Shown: piece after piece, positions 43,084 to 52,145 of the stretch | How positions within the stretch are numbered: the stretch's first letter is position 1 | Layout: every line of letters begins with the position of its first letter | Source of the DNA: a virus | IMG/VR virus record: IMGVR_UViG_3300050343_000117 | Span: 64,001 to 128,000 of that record | Strand: one strand, 5' to 3' | Length of the DNA: 64,000 nt | Program-made: the position numbers and the translations under genes | Notes under the pieces: model-generated | Database searches by the model: none | Told to the model about the DNA's origin: nothing | Seen by the model: only the letters and a program-made list of their open reading frames with translations

Positions 43084-43615
43084 AGGTAGATACAAACCAA
43101 AGAACCCAGAGAAGTATGCTGGGGACGTGGACAATGTCGTCTACCGTTCGGGGTGGGAACGACACGTTATGAAATGGTGTGATGACAGTCTGGACGTGGT
43201 ACAATGGATGTCCGAAGAGTTGGTCATCCCCTACATCTGTGAGACTGATAAGAAGCCGCATCGATACTTCATGGACTTCGTTATCAAGTACAAGTCTGGA
43301 CGTGTTGTACTGGTCGAGGTCAAACCCCACAAGCAGACCCTACGTCCTGAACGCAAGCAGGGAAAGTCCCGTCACACTCTATTGAACGAGGGTATGACGT
43401 ACGTCAAGAACCAATCCAAGTGGAAGGCAGCATCCGAATACGCAAAGGATAGAGGGTACCACTTTGAGATATGGACAGAGAACGAACTCACCGCTATGGG
43501 TATCATGCCCAAGTCTACCCAACGTATGCGTACCAAGAAACCACTAAAGAAACTACCGCCGTTCAGAAAGAAAGAAAAAATCGGTATAAATAGAAGTACG
43601 AATTTTTTACGGTAG
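43070..43615 (+). CDS. gp4: Head completion nuclease (TnsA-like)
   Basis: YKGRYKPKNPEKYAGD...YRSGWE...W.SEE..IPY...HRYFMDF...EVKP...KWKAA. Confidence 0.95.
   Translation: MKTYKGRYKPKNPEKYAGDVDNVVYRSGWERHVMKWCDDSLDVVQWMSEELVIPYICETDKKPHRYFMDFVIKYKSGRVVLVEVKPHKQTLRPERKQGKSRHTLLNEGMTYVKNQSKWKAASEYAKDRGYHFEIWTENELTAMGIMPKSTQRMRTKKPLKKLPPFRKKEKIGINRSTNFLR
43585..43592 (+). promoter_or_regulatory. T4-type late promoter TATAAATA
   Basis: Exact consensus upstream of gp2. Confidence 0.75.
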
Positions 43616-43619
43616 CGAC

Positions 43620-44212
43620 ATGTCTAACATATTTCAACGATTAGAACTACAAGCGTTCCGTGCGGGTATTACACCTCGCACCAAAGAATCGCGAGATTGG
43701 TTTCGTAAGAAGATCAAGAACATGCGCAGTATCAAACGCTGAGGCCTTGATGAAAGAAGACCCGTTGAAAGCAAACGGGTCAAGAAATCGTCGGTAGTAT
43801 GTACATGTTCTTCTACGATCCTAAACATAAAGATACATTACCGTACTATGACACATTTCCATTGGTCGTCGTAGTAGGTCCGGCAGAAGGTGGGTTCTAT
43901 GGGTTGAACCTACACTACCTTCCACCTATCCTACGTGCGAAGATGTTGGATGCGTTGATGGATATCACACGAATACTAAGTTCAACAGACTCTACACGAT
44001 TCAAGATGTCGTATGAGTTGTTGGTCAAGACAAGTAAGTTGAAGTACTTTAAACCGTGTTTCAAACACTATCTGAATGAACACGTACAGAGTAAGTTCGC
44101 AATGGTACCTGCACCAGAGTGGGAGATTGCTACATTCCTACCGACCGCAGACTTCCGTAAGGCAAACTCTAAGAAGGTCTACTACGACTCTAAACAGATG
44201 ATAGGCGAATAG
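43620..44212 (+). CDS. gp2: DNA end protector protein, N-terminal part frameshifted near 43735-43775
   Basis: MSNIFQRL...SRDWFRKK, then MFFYDPKHKDTLPYYDTFPL...GLNLHYLPP..R...KPCFKHYL...LPTADF. Confidence 0.88.
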
Positions 44213-44214
44213 AA

Positions 44215-44835
44215 ATGGCAGGAATAGAAGAGTTAAAAAGTAAACTGATAGCAAAGAATGGTATCGCAATGGCGAACCAGTTCGCGGTCAATCTACCTAC
44301 CTTGGATAAGAATACCTCATCGGACACACTTAATGTCTTATGTAAAGAGGTAAGTCTGCCTGGCCGTCAAATGATGAGCCTGGATAGGACAGTCGGTATA
44401 TTTCAAGAGAAGGTGGTGAATGGATTTGGTGTAGAGGATGTCACGATGACTTTCTATGTGCTGAATGACTATGGTGTCCGTAGATACTTTGATGAATGGA
44501 CCAAGTTAATATACACCGACATAAAAAGAGGTGAGGTTAACTATAAGAACAACTACACCTTTGATGTCAACATTCGCCAACTACAAAAACCTTTAGCAAG
44601 ATTTGGATTCGATATAGGTCCATTTGATATAAATCTAGATGTGGGAAATAAGTCTATATACAGTGTAAAACTAATAGAGGCGTTTCCAACATCTATTGCA
44701 GCAATCCCACTGTCTAATGACGGTCAATTGGTCGAGTGTACTGTACAACTTTCATATACCGACTATGAAGTAATCAAGGATGAAAGAGAGTTGTTTGATC
44801 CTAGTATCAATATAAATCTAGGTGGATTAATTTAA
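44215..44835 (+). CDS. Tail-tube-fold protein (gp19/gp54 family)
   Basis: ANQFAV, LCKEVSLPG, VTMTFY...RRYFDEW, LIEAFPTSI...L.......TVQLSY. Confidence 0.8.
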   Translation: MAGIEELKSKLIAKNGIAMANQFAVNLPTLDKNTSSDTLNVLCKEVSLPGRQMMSLDRTVGIFQEKVVNGFGVEDVTMTFYVLNDYGVRRYFDEWTKLIYTDIKRGEVNYKNNYTFDVNIRQLQKPLARFGFDIGPFDINLDVGNKSIYSVKLIEAFPTSIAAIPLSNDGQLVECTVQLSYTDYEVIKDERELFDPSININLGGLI

Positions 44836-44855
44836 TATACATTATAGGATAAATC

Positions 44856-45563
44856 ATGGCATTACCAAAACTGAATGAAAACCCAAGTTATAGCATTGAA
44901 GTACCGTCTACAGGACAGAAGACTACATTTAGACCTTTCCTAGTAAAGGAACAGAAAAACCTCCTGATTGCATATGAAACACAAGAGCGCAAAGATATGG
45001 TACGTGCGATATTGCGAACTATCGACGCTTGTGTTGAAGAACCTTTGGAAGGTACATTGACTACATTCGATGTAGACTATCTATTTACAAAAATTCGTGC
45101 CAAGTCGGTAGGCGAATCCGCAGATATTCAGGTATCCTGTAGTGAATGCGGTGAAGCAAATAAGGTTTCGGTTGAGCTTGATGACATTAAGATGAGTGGG
45201 GAGACAACAAATAATCTGATCGAAATTACTGATAGTGTTTCTATACAGATGCGTTATCCATCATATGAAGAGTTCTTGAACAATGATTCATTATTGTCTA
45301 CCGAAACAACGACAGAGGGTCTATGGGAGTTATTAGTCGTTTGTATGGAAGCAGTGTTGACAGACGAAGAACGAATCTCTATGAATGATCAGTCAAAAGA
45401 AGACGTGTCAGAATTCATTGACTCTATGACTTCAGATCAGTTTGCGAAAGTATCTGAATTTATCAATTCGGTTCCTAGCGTAACACAAGATGTTAAATTT
45501 GAATGTACGTCTTGTGGCCATGCGAATGAAAGAACACTAAAGGGGATGGATGATTTTTTTTAG
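44856..45563 (+). CDS. gp26: Baseplate hub assembly protein
   Basis: MALPKL..P.Y...PSTG....RPFLVKEQK.LL, FDVDYLF.KIRAKSVGE, two CxxC, ends LKGMDDFF. Confidence 0.9.
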   Translation: MALPKLNENPSYSIEVPSTGQKTTFRPFLVKEQKNLLIAYETQERKDMVRAILRTIDACVEEPLEGTLTTFDVDYLFTKIRAKSVGESADIQVSCSECGEANKVSVELDDIKMSGETTNNLIEITDSVSIQMRYPSYEEFLNNDSLLSTETTTEGLWELLVVCMEAVLTDEERISMNDQSKEDVSEFIDSMTSDQFAKVSEFINSVPSVTQDVKFECTSCGHANERTLKGMDDFF

Positions 45564-45742
45564 TAAATCTCTCTCATGATAACTTGACAAATTACTATCA
45601 AGTTAACTTCCAGCTTCTTAACAACTTTAATTACTCACTGGAAGAGGTCGAAACAATGATTCCGTGGGAGAGAGAGATCTACTTAATGATGTTGATAGAA
45701 GACATCAAAGAGAAAAACGAAAGGGCAAAACAACAAGGATAA
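45560..45742 (+). CDS. gp51: Baseplate hub assembly catalyst-like ORF in the -1 frame of gp26, with no N-terminal ATG
   Basis: Read by hand: LVNLSHDNLTNYYQVNFQLLNNFNYSLEEVETMIPWEREIYLMMLIEDIKEKNERAKQQG*. Confidence 0.8.
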   Translation, partial: LVNLSHDNLTNYYQVNFQLLNNFNYSLEEVETMIPWEREIYLMMLIEDIKEKNERAKQQG

Positions 45743-45745
45743 TAA

Positions 45746-47358
45746 ATGTCTACTCTCAAAGAAGTGTCCGACAACTTAAAATCAGTTGACCAAAAAATGG
45801 CATCTGTTAGATCGGGACAATACGACCAGAACAGATTGAATATTGATAATTCTGACAGATTGATAGCTGTTATGGAAGACGTTGTCATGCGTACTGGTCG
45901 TAGCGAAAATATCCTTAGCCAAATGTTTGGTCATCTCGGTTACATTAGACGCAAACTGCAAAAGGGGCGTTTCTGTTGAAAAAGACTCTTCAGTCGTTGA
46001 AAGAGATCCGTCATTCGTAGGTCCGATTCGACCAGACCCTGTCGCCACAGGAGATTCTTTAGAAGAACGGAGAGAGCAACAACAATGGCAGAATGATTTG
46101 TTAGATGCCATCCGTAATCTTTCAGATAATCCACCTAAAGAAGATAAAGACCCAAAAAAAGAATCCTCTGGTCTATTACGACTAGGTAAGCTAGCATCTG
46201 CGGCGGCCATAACTATAGGTGCACTGACTGGTTCGATAGCTAGTCTTTTTAAACCATTAGCATGGCTTACAAGTAAGTTGACACCTAAAACGTTAAAATC
46301 CTTCATGGGTAAGATAGGGTATACGATTAAAGCAGTCTTCGTTGAAGGAGGCCGAGCAATAAAAAACGCAGTCGGCAACTTTGCTAGCAAATTAAAAACC
46401 CTATTCACGGAGAACAAAATAGCTAAGCTCCTAGTGTCAATCTCCGAAAAATTTAAATCATTTACAAAACCCCTTGATACATTAAAAGATACCCTTTCCT
46501 TTACTAAGGGTGGTAAAGGCGGAAGCATATTTAAAAGAATAGGTGCTGCGTTTACAAAAATATTTTCACTGTTTGGTAGCTTTGGCAGAACAATTGCTAC
46601 TGTTTTCAAAATAGCATCTAGGGTATTTGGCTCCCCTTGTAGCTGCATTTATTGCGGGAAAAAATATTCTTAATGACATAAAGACCGGAGACTTAGGTTT
46701 TGGTACAATTGCGCGTATAATCGATGACTTAATCAAATTCTTTGTTATTGATATGTTGGATATGGTTAAGGGCGCATTTGGATGGATTTCTGGAAAACTT
46801 GGGTTCGAAGGAATTCAAGAATTTCTCTCATCTTTTAGTTTTGGTGATTTATACTTGCTATTAAAAGAAAAGCTATTTGGTGTAATTGAAAGTATAGGTA
46901 CCTATGCAAGTGATATATTTGGAGATCTCATCGGTGGATTTAAAAAATTAATATCTGGAGATTTCATCGAGGGAATTGTAGGTATCTTTACTGCTATTAA
47001 TAAACCATTTAAAGATCTGAAGAAATGGTTGGGAAATATAGTATTAAGAGTTTTAGAGACACTTACTCCTAAAAATTTAGCATTACTTGCAGCTGGGTCG
47101 GAAAACGCCAAGGGATTTGATTATATACTGAAGGGAGAAGCGGCCGCACAGGTGGATGCGGTGAAACCTATGACTGGATCAGAATTGGATAAAGCAGTAA
47201 AAGAGAATAATAAAACAAGCGACAATCCAATAATTATACAGGATAACAGTAACAATTCAACCAACACTTCAGGTGGAGGCGGGGGTGAAACTCATGTACA
47301 TACCGGAGTCACTTCAACTGACGGTGCAGATCCAAACATTTTAGCATTTGGTAGATAA
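45746..47358 (+). CDS. Probable tape-measure/hub protein (gp29-like), about 537 aa, split by two indels (about 45950 and 46635)
   Basis: Follows gp26/gp51; long amphipathic F/G/K-rich helical stretch and an Asn/Ser-rich C-terminus (PIIIQDNSNNSTN). Confidence 0.65.
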
Positions 47359-47381
47359 AAAAAGGGAGTCCGAAGACTCCC
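47357..47381 (-). terminator. Intrinsic terminator with a C(UUCG)G tetraloop between convergent operons
   Basis: GGGAGTC-TTCG-GACTCCC-TTTTTTT on the minus strand. Confidence 0.9.
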
Positions 47382-47401
47382 AAAGACTACCAAACAATCA
47401 A

Positions 47402-47665
47402 TTAGTTTGGATTGGACATATTAATAATCGCTTGTACGATCCTTGCCTTGTTGGCAGATTTAGGTACAGACACTCCAAGATCACTAGCCCTTTCAACCAA
47501 TTGAGCCTTTGTTAAGGACATCAACTCAGACTGATCTGGTTGAGTCGGAGTGGTAGGGGAAGTACCCCCACCCGTTGTCTTTTCCGGTTTGCTTGATACT
47601 GATCGGTAGATCAGACCAAATGCAACTAATCCCGCTAGGATTAGAATAATCATATTTGTATCCAT
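47402..47665 (-). CDS. Small membrane-anchored protein with a Rho-N/HeH-like domain
   Basis: N-terminal TM helix, Thr/Pro linker, LMSLTKAQLVERASDLGVSVPKSANKARIVQAI. Confidence 0.7.
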   Translation of the reverse strand: MDTNMIILILAGLVAFGLIYRSVSSKPEKTTGGGTSPTTPTQPDQSELMSLTKAQLVERASDLGVSVPKSANKARIVQAIINMSNPN

Positions 47666-47667
47666 TT

Positions 47668-48618
47668 TTAGTCCTCCGCAGCCATCTGCGCAAAGTAAGA
47701 CAGTGTATCGTCCGCTTCCGCCGCAACCAAAGGTGCAGCCTCAACAGCAGGAGCAGATACCACAGTCGGTTCTGACGACTCACGCATAGGTGCCGCTTCA
47801 GCAGTCTGCGCAAGTGCCTCGTTCTTGATAGTTGCACCAGCACCAGTTGCGAGACCCAGTACGGTCTCCAACTTGTTCTTCAACTCATCATAAGTCTTGA
47901 ACCACTTGGCGTCGTGTGCATTCGGATAGTCTGGTACTACAAACTCGTTTAAGTCATATAGTGTGTTATACACCGTTTCAAGTTTAGTCTCATCTGAACC
48001 TAGGTATGCAGAAGGAGACTTGAAGTCTGACTTATCATAGTTACGATATCCCGCAACATTACGGATCTTCAGTTCGAAGTCAGCGCCAGCCCAAAAGTCG
48101 AATGGGTTTACTGGTTCTTCGCCAGGAAATTCTGGTTGCATCTGATCCATAATCTTATCAAAGATCTTCTTACCAAACTCATAGATGAAAGTCTTGCCGT
48201 TGTTGGCAGGGTTAGAAGGATCATTAATAACTTGGATGTTAGTAACGTAGTGTAGACGACGCTTCTGTCGACGTGCAGTTTCCTTATCCTCTTCGATACC
48301 TGAGTTCCACAGACGCGAGTTCAACTCACCTAGTGGATCGTTCTGACCTAGGGTCGTTAGTGAACGCTCGATGTACCATTGTCCGGTTGGACCCTTGAAT
48401 GCGTGGTCCCAATAACGGACCCACGGTAGGTCTTGACCTTCGGTAGCGGGAAGGAAACGAATCACGGCATAACCATTACCCTGTTCATCAACAGTTGGTT
48501 TCCACTTGCGATCGTCTTGGTATTTGTTGGTGTTAGTTGTCTGACCTGACGCTTCGGTAGCGGCAGTGACAAGTTTGGAGATGTCCATAGACTTGGACTT
48601 TAGATTTGCAAAAGACAT
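47668..48618 (-). CDS. gp32: Single-stranded DNA-binding protein
   Basis: DDRKWKPTVDEQGNGYAVIRFLPA, HAFKGPTGQWYIE, FGKKIFDKI, NPFDFWAGADF.LKIR.VAGYRNYDKS, acidic tail. Confidence 0.97.
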   Translation of the reverse strand: MSFANLKSKSMDISKLVTAATEASGQTTNTNKYQDDRKWKPTVDEQGNGYAVIRFLPATEGQDLPWVRYWDHAFKGPTGQWYIERSLTTLGQNDPLGELNSRLWNSGIEEDKETARRQKRRLHYVTNIQVINDPSNPANNGKTFIYEFGKKIFDKIMDQMQPEFPGEEPVNPFDFWAGADFELKIRNVAGYRNYDKSDFKSPSAYLGSDETKLETVYNTLYDLNEFVVPDYPNAHDAKWFKTYDELKNKLETVLGLATGAGATIKNEALAQTAEAAPMRESSEPTVVSAPAVEAAPLVAAEADDTLSYFAQMAAED

Positions 48619-48680
48619 AATATTTCCTTAAATATAAACTTAAATATAAACAATGTATGAGATTGCCTCTAGGGCATTAC

Positions 48681-48688
48681 TATTTATA
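48681..48688 (-). promoter_or_regulatory. T4-type late promoter TATAAATA upstream of gp32
   Basis: Exact consensus. Confidence 0.7.
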
Positions 48689-48920
48689 CGTCTAGTGTAT
48701 TCTGCTTCGGCAGAAAATTCAACTGACGTGCTTCACTCTCTAGATGTTCTACGATAGTGGGAGACAGATACTTCTTGATGTCTTCCAGCTCTAATCCGTT
48801 CTTCTCACAGAGATGTACAATGGAATCCATGTACGACATTCTGTTTTGAAAAACGAAACTCTCAATCATCGCAGAGAATGATTTCTTGGTTAGGAATTTC
48901 TCTTCAGTAGTCTCATCCAT
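48684..48920 (-). CDS. gp33: Late-promoter transcription coactivator
   Basis: FSAMIE.......SYMDSIVHLCEKNGLE.E...K.LS......LESEARQLNFL. Confidence 0.9.
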   Translation of the reverse strand: MDETTEEKFLTKKSFSAMIESFVFQNRMSYMDSIVHLCEKNGLELEDIKKYLSPTIVEHLESEARQLNFLPKQNTLDV

Positions 48921-49173
48921 TGATTACCTCAATCGCACGGACATTATCAACGCGGAAAGACCGCCATGATTGCTTGTCGATTGCGAATGCGCGGATCACA
49001 GACTTATTTACAGAAAAGTCATCCACTTGACTGACCTTAGACTCCGACAGTTCAGGCATATAGTCTGTCTGGAGAGTACATGGCATAATGCGTTCCTCAC
49101 CGTTGACCTTACTAAATGTGACCTGAAGTACGTTTGATCGAAGTTGATCAACTATATTATCATAACTAAACAT
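48913..49173 (-). CDS. SH3/WYL-like (DUF2693-type) small protein; start MFSYD
   Basis: VTFSKVNGEERIMPCTL...WRSFRVDNV; GGAG RBS before the ATG at 49173. Confidence 0.75.
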   Translation of the reverse strand: MFSYDNIVDQLRSNVLQVTFSKVNGEERIMPCTLQTDYMPELSESKVSQVDDFSVNKSVIRAFAIDKQSWRSFRVDNVRAIEVING

Positions 49174-49183
49174 CGACTCCTCC

Positions 49184-49480
49184 TTAGAATCGTTCAAACT
49201 CTTCTTCCTCAGCAGCCTCTTCTTCTGACGCATGGATTGCTTCAAGAAAAGCTTCACTACCATCCAATACCGCAATCGTGTGCTCAAATGCATCTAGTGT
49301 AAGAAGAATGTTCTTACGCTCTTCATCTGCTTCATCACGTTCGTGGTAATCCTTAATGTAAGAATCAAGGGTATCTAAGTATGCACAACGCATGAACTCG
49401 CGTGTGATAAGTTCCACGTCATTACGTGGGTATTGACCTAAGTCAATTAGGTTTTCTGGCGTACTGGCCATTAGTTCCAT
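49184..49480 (-). CDS. Hypothetical acidic protein
   Basis: ORF in a tightly packed minus-strand run. Confidence 0.6.
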   Translation of the reverse strand: MELMASTPENLIDLGQYPRNDVELITREFMRCAYLDTLDSYIKDYHERDEADEERKNILLTLDAFEHTIAVLDGSEAFLEAIHASEEEAAEEEEFERF

Positions 49481-49695
49481 TCCTCATTTTGGTTTGCTTC
49501 ATATACATCGGAGAAGTGAGTATTGACGAATCGGTCCTCATCTCCCCAGCGTACATCTGACTTATAGTCTTGACGATCAAGACTTACTACTTCATCGGCA
49601 AGTTTTTTGTTAGACTTACTGATCTTACTATGCTTCTGAATCTTGAGTGCTGCTGCACGAATCATTGCATAACGTACTTCTTTACTTACTGCCAT
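49471..49695 (-). CDS. Hypothetical protein
   Basis: ORF coupled to its neighbour. Confidence 0.6.
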   Translation of the reverse strand: MAVSKEVRYAMIRAAALKIQKHSKISKSNKKLADEVVSLDRQDYKSDVRWGDEDRFVNTHFSDVYEANQNEEWN

Positions 49696-49729
49696 AATTA
49701 TACCTTATATGTAGGGGGTTGTCAAGTGG

Positions 49730-49879
49730 CTAGAATCCATTATTTGGATACAGTTCATCTTTGGTCAATTGACCTCGTTTCTTCGACTCCTTCTTACGGT
49801 CGACGTGGGTAGAAGCGCGATTGAATTTCCGCGCATACTTCGCGACCGGATTCGATCGCTTGATAGATTTCTTCTTCAT
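49730..49879 (-). CDS. Small basic protein (49 aa), NPVAK-type
   Basis: Below the ORF-track cutoff; read by hand: MKKKSIKRSNPVAKYARKFNRASTHVDRKKESKKRGQLTKDELYPNNGF*. Confidence 0.6.
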   Translation of the reverse strand: MKKKSIKRSNPVAKYARKFNRASTHVDRKKESKKRGQLTKDELYPNNGF

Positions 49880-50285
49880 TATCATATGCCTCGTTTTCCC
49901 ATGGCTGATCAGAGTACTTCATGTTCTCATACTCTTGCCCATCGAATATCCACTTATAGGACATCACACCTTCATTCAGAGTTAGTCCAGTATGAATCAA
50001 TCGACCGCTTAGTATCTGCACTGCATGAATCATCTCATGGGCAATGTTGATTTTCATTTGTTTCTCATCGACCCGTTTGCCTTCGAAGTACTCAGCGATA
50101 GAGATATCAACTTGATCCTCATCGCCGTCAACTAGTCCAGCGAACGTACCTAGGTCATCGACGAATTCTAACTCGACGTGACCCGGCATGGTAGAGATTC
50201 CTAGAAACTGTGCAACCTTATGAACATAGGTGGACATCTCGTAACTAGGGGATTCCGCAACATCAACATTCTCAGCGTACTTCAT
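49794..50285 (-). CDS. HExxH zinc metallopeptidase-like protein
   Basis: IAHEMIHAVQ...Y.DQPWENEAY. Confidence 0.75.
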   Translation of the reverse strand: MKYAENVDVAESPSYEMSTYVHKVAQFLGISTMPGHVELEFVDDLGTFAGLVDGDEDQVDISIAEYFEGKRVDEKQMKINIAHEMIHAVQILSGRLIHTGLTLNEGVMSYKWIFDGQEYENMKYSDQPWENEAYDNEEEIYQAIESGREVCAEIQSRFYPRRP

Positions 50286-50611
50286 TATTCTACCCGATCG
50301 TGGAAAGGAACCGCACCAGAGAAATCCCCTCCGGTGATCTCACGGACCTTTCGGTGGAATCGACTATCAGAAGTGGAGACGAATGTACCACCCATCATCG
50401 GACGTTCCGCGCCTAGGTACGTAGGACGAACAAAACAAGTTCCGTCAACATAACCCTTGACCAACTCAACCGCAGGGCGACCTACAGTTGGTTCGAACGG
50501 ACCTTCGACGTTTACGATGGTCACCGAAGTGAACCGTGAACTCATACCACCACCCGAACTGTCGGATTGGTCGGTACGATAAATATTTGCAATAAGACCC
50601 ATAACTAACTC
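50285..50611 (-). CDS. Conserved phage hypothetical protein
   Basis: MGLIANIYR...GGMSSR...GPFEP...MMGGTF..TSDSRF...AVPFHDRVE; start uncertain. Confidence 0.65.
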   Translation of the reverse strand, partial: ELVMGLIANIYRTDQSDSSGGGMSSRFTSVTIVNVEGPFEPTVGRPAVELVKGYVDGTCFVRPTYLGAERPMMGGTFVSTSDSRFHRKVREITGGDFSGAVPFHDRVE

Positions 50612-50612
50612 C

Positions 50613-50804
50613 TTAGTGAAAAGTTGCTTGTTGAACTTCAAGTTCTTGATTGATAAGGCGCATCATCTCATCGTTATTCAGACCCATCGAAGATAATGTC
50701 GCTATTGCAGTAGTAGAGTCGATGACATCATCAAGGAAAGAATCCATGACATCACGAACCGCTTCACCTATCTCGCCAGTGGCGAACCATTCAGTAGTCA
50801 TCAC
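50613..50804 (-). CDS. Hypothetical protein
   Basis: Coupled small ORF in an early operon. Confidence 0.55.
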   Translation of the reverse strand: MMTTEWFATGEIGEAVRDVMDSFLDDVIDSTTAIATLSSMGLNNDEMMRLINQELEVQQATFH

Positions 50805-51034
50805 TTAACCTCAACAACTTTATTGTTCTTGAATTCGGTACCTTCTGGACCGACCAACTTACCGAGCAACCAGAAGTCTTCTGCCTGCAACTTAGAAACG
50901 TCGTTAGAATATCCTTCTTTAACGAAGTCTGGACCTAACTCATTGTAGTTGTTAAGGAACTGAACAGCATCGGTAACAGTATCGAAAGTCTGTGCATCGT
51001 GGTGGTTTGACATTTTGGGTTTTGCGTAGAACAT
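50801..51034 (-). CDS. Hypothetical protein
   Basis: First gene after the early promoter at 51070-51098; GAGAGAG RBS. Confidence 0.65.
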   Translation of the reverse strand: MFYAKPKMSNHHDAQTFDTVTDAVQFLNNYNELGPDFVKEGYSNDVSKLQAEDFWLLGKLVGPEGTEFKNNKVVEVK

Positions 51035-51058
51035 AATTTAAATCTCTCTCTTCATTAG

Positions 51059-51098
51059 TTTATGTAGCTATTGTACCTGTTTTAAAAACAATTGTCAA
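51059..51098 (-). promoter_or_regulatory. Early sigma70-type promoter with conserved AGCTACATAAA
   Basis: TTGACA-17-TACAAT-AGCTACATAAA. Confidence 0.85.
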
Positions 51099-51268
51099 GG
51101 GCTTTGCTTAACTTTTTTAGCAATTGCATGTAAATATTCACGTTTCAGAAACCACTTATACTTCGCAAAGTAATCCTTTGCCTTGTAGTCTGGACGTTTA
51201 CCTGTGTAGAGTTCAACCTCATCACAGTGCTCGAACCACATTAGATCACACCAACGTCTAAAAGTCAT
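51095..51268 (-). CDS. Hypothetical 57-aa protein
   Basis: Read by hand: MTFRRWCDLMWFEHCDEVELYTG...YFAKYKWFLKREY; fills the gap after 51270..51653. Confidence 0.55.
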   Translation of the reverse strand: MTFRRWCDLMWFEHCDEVELYTGKRPDYKAKDYFAKYKWFLKREYLHAIAKKVKQSP

Positions 51269-51269
51269 A

Positions 51270-51653
51270 TCACGCCACCAACTGGTAAGGTTTGTTGAAC
51301 TGTCCGACGTTGATGTCGATGTAGTGACTTCGGTGGAAGTAGTCAGTCATGCTGTCATCTTCACAGAAGAAGTCGGGTCCTTCCATCGCAGCCTTCAATT
51401 CAGTCAAGAACGCAACAACCTTTTCGTCGTCGTAGTTTTCAGCAATCCAGTAAGGATTGACCTGAATGTAGTCACGAGGACCGTACTCACCGACAGGTAA
51501 CGCTCCGATGATATCGAGAGCACCACTCTTGATGTTACACACTAAACTGCTGTGATGACGAATGGCAAGAGTACCTTTCATGTTGTACTTCTTGAGGACT
51601 GCTTTGATCGCAGGGGTTAACTTTTTCTTATCTTCTTGACTTACATATGCCAT
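51270..51653 (-). CDS. Conserved phage early hypothetical protein
   Basis: MAYVSQEDKKKLTPAIKAVLKKY...DSMTDYFH..HY.DINVG; promoter and RBS upstream. Confidence 0.7.
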   Translation of the reverse strand: MAYVSQEDKKKLTPAIKAVLKKYNMKGTLAIRHHSSLVCNIKSGALDIIGALPVGEYGPRDYIQVNPYWIAENYDDEKVVAFLTELKAAMEGPDFFCEDDSMTDYFHRSHYIDINVGQFNKPYQLVA

Positions 51654-51676
51654 AACAATTTTCTCTCTCTCATCAA

Positions 51677-51715
51677 TTTATGTAGCTATTATACCAAATT
51701 CTGAACAATAGTCAA
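51677..51715 (-). promoter_or_regulatory. Early promoter, repeat copy
   Basis: TTGACT-16-TATAAT-AGCTACATAAA. Confidence 0.8.
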
Positions 51716-51726
51716 CACTTTTTTAG

Positions 51727-51909
51727 CTATTTCTTAGACCGATTTGATATAAGGATATTCCAAAAAGTTCTTAACCAACCGCCCTCTTCCCACATCAACG
51801 GGATGTGCTCTCCCAGTGTTTTCTCTTCTTCCATGTGTAGGTTGACGTATAACAGCAAAGCGAGGAACCCAAACAAACCAAAACCAATTATGTCGTAAAC
51901 CTGTTCCAT
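51727..51909 (-). CDS. Small membrane protein
   Basis: Hydrophobic IIGFGLFGFLALLLYV segment. Confidence 0.55.
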   Translation of the reverse strand: MEQVYDIIGFGLFGFLALLLYVNLHMEEEKTLGEHIPLMWEEGGWLRTFWNILISNRSKK

Positions 51910-52145
51910 CACTCCACCCATATATGGTTATAGCGCTCAGGTAGATTCTGACAGGTATACTTGTCATCCTCTCTGTAGTTGAAAACGTCAACACACTCAT
52001 TAGTGCTATTACTCACAAGCACATCGGGTAGGTCGATAACATTTTGCATTAGATTCACCCACAATGCGAACATAAGTCCGAAGGTTAATCCAAATACGAT
52101 AGACTTAAACTTTTCCATATTAGATAACATAATTATTCCTCTCAA
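51909..52145 (-). CDS. Small membrane-anchored protein
   Basis: TM helix followed by PDVLVS.ST.ECV.V.......C..LP.RY..IWV. Confidence 0.6.
   Translation of the reverse strand: MRGIIMLSNMEKFKSIVFGLTFGLMFALWVNLMQNVIDLPDVLVSNSTNECVDVFNYREDDKYTCQNLPERYNHIWVE

Noticed and set aside
45782-46648. 288-aa minus-strand ORF
   Set aside because: Antisense to the tape-measure-like gene, which fits the operon direction and T4-like synteny.
49697-49725. TTGACA-17-TATAAT promoter for 49471..49695
   Set aside because: The consensus is perfect but the -10 box lies 1 nt from the ATG, so it cannot serve that start as annotated; left unresolved.
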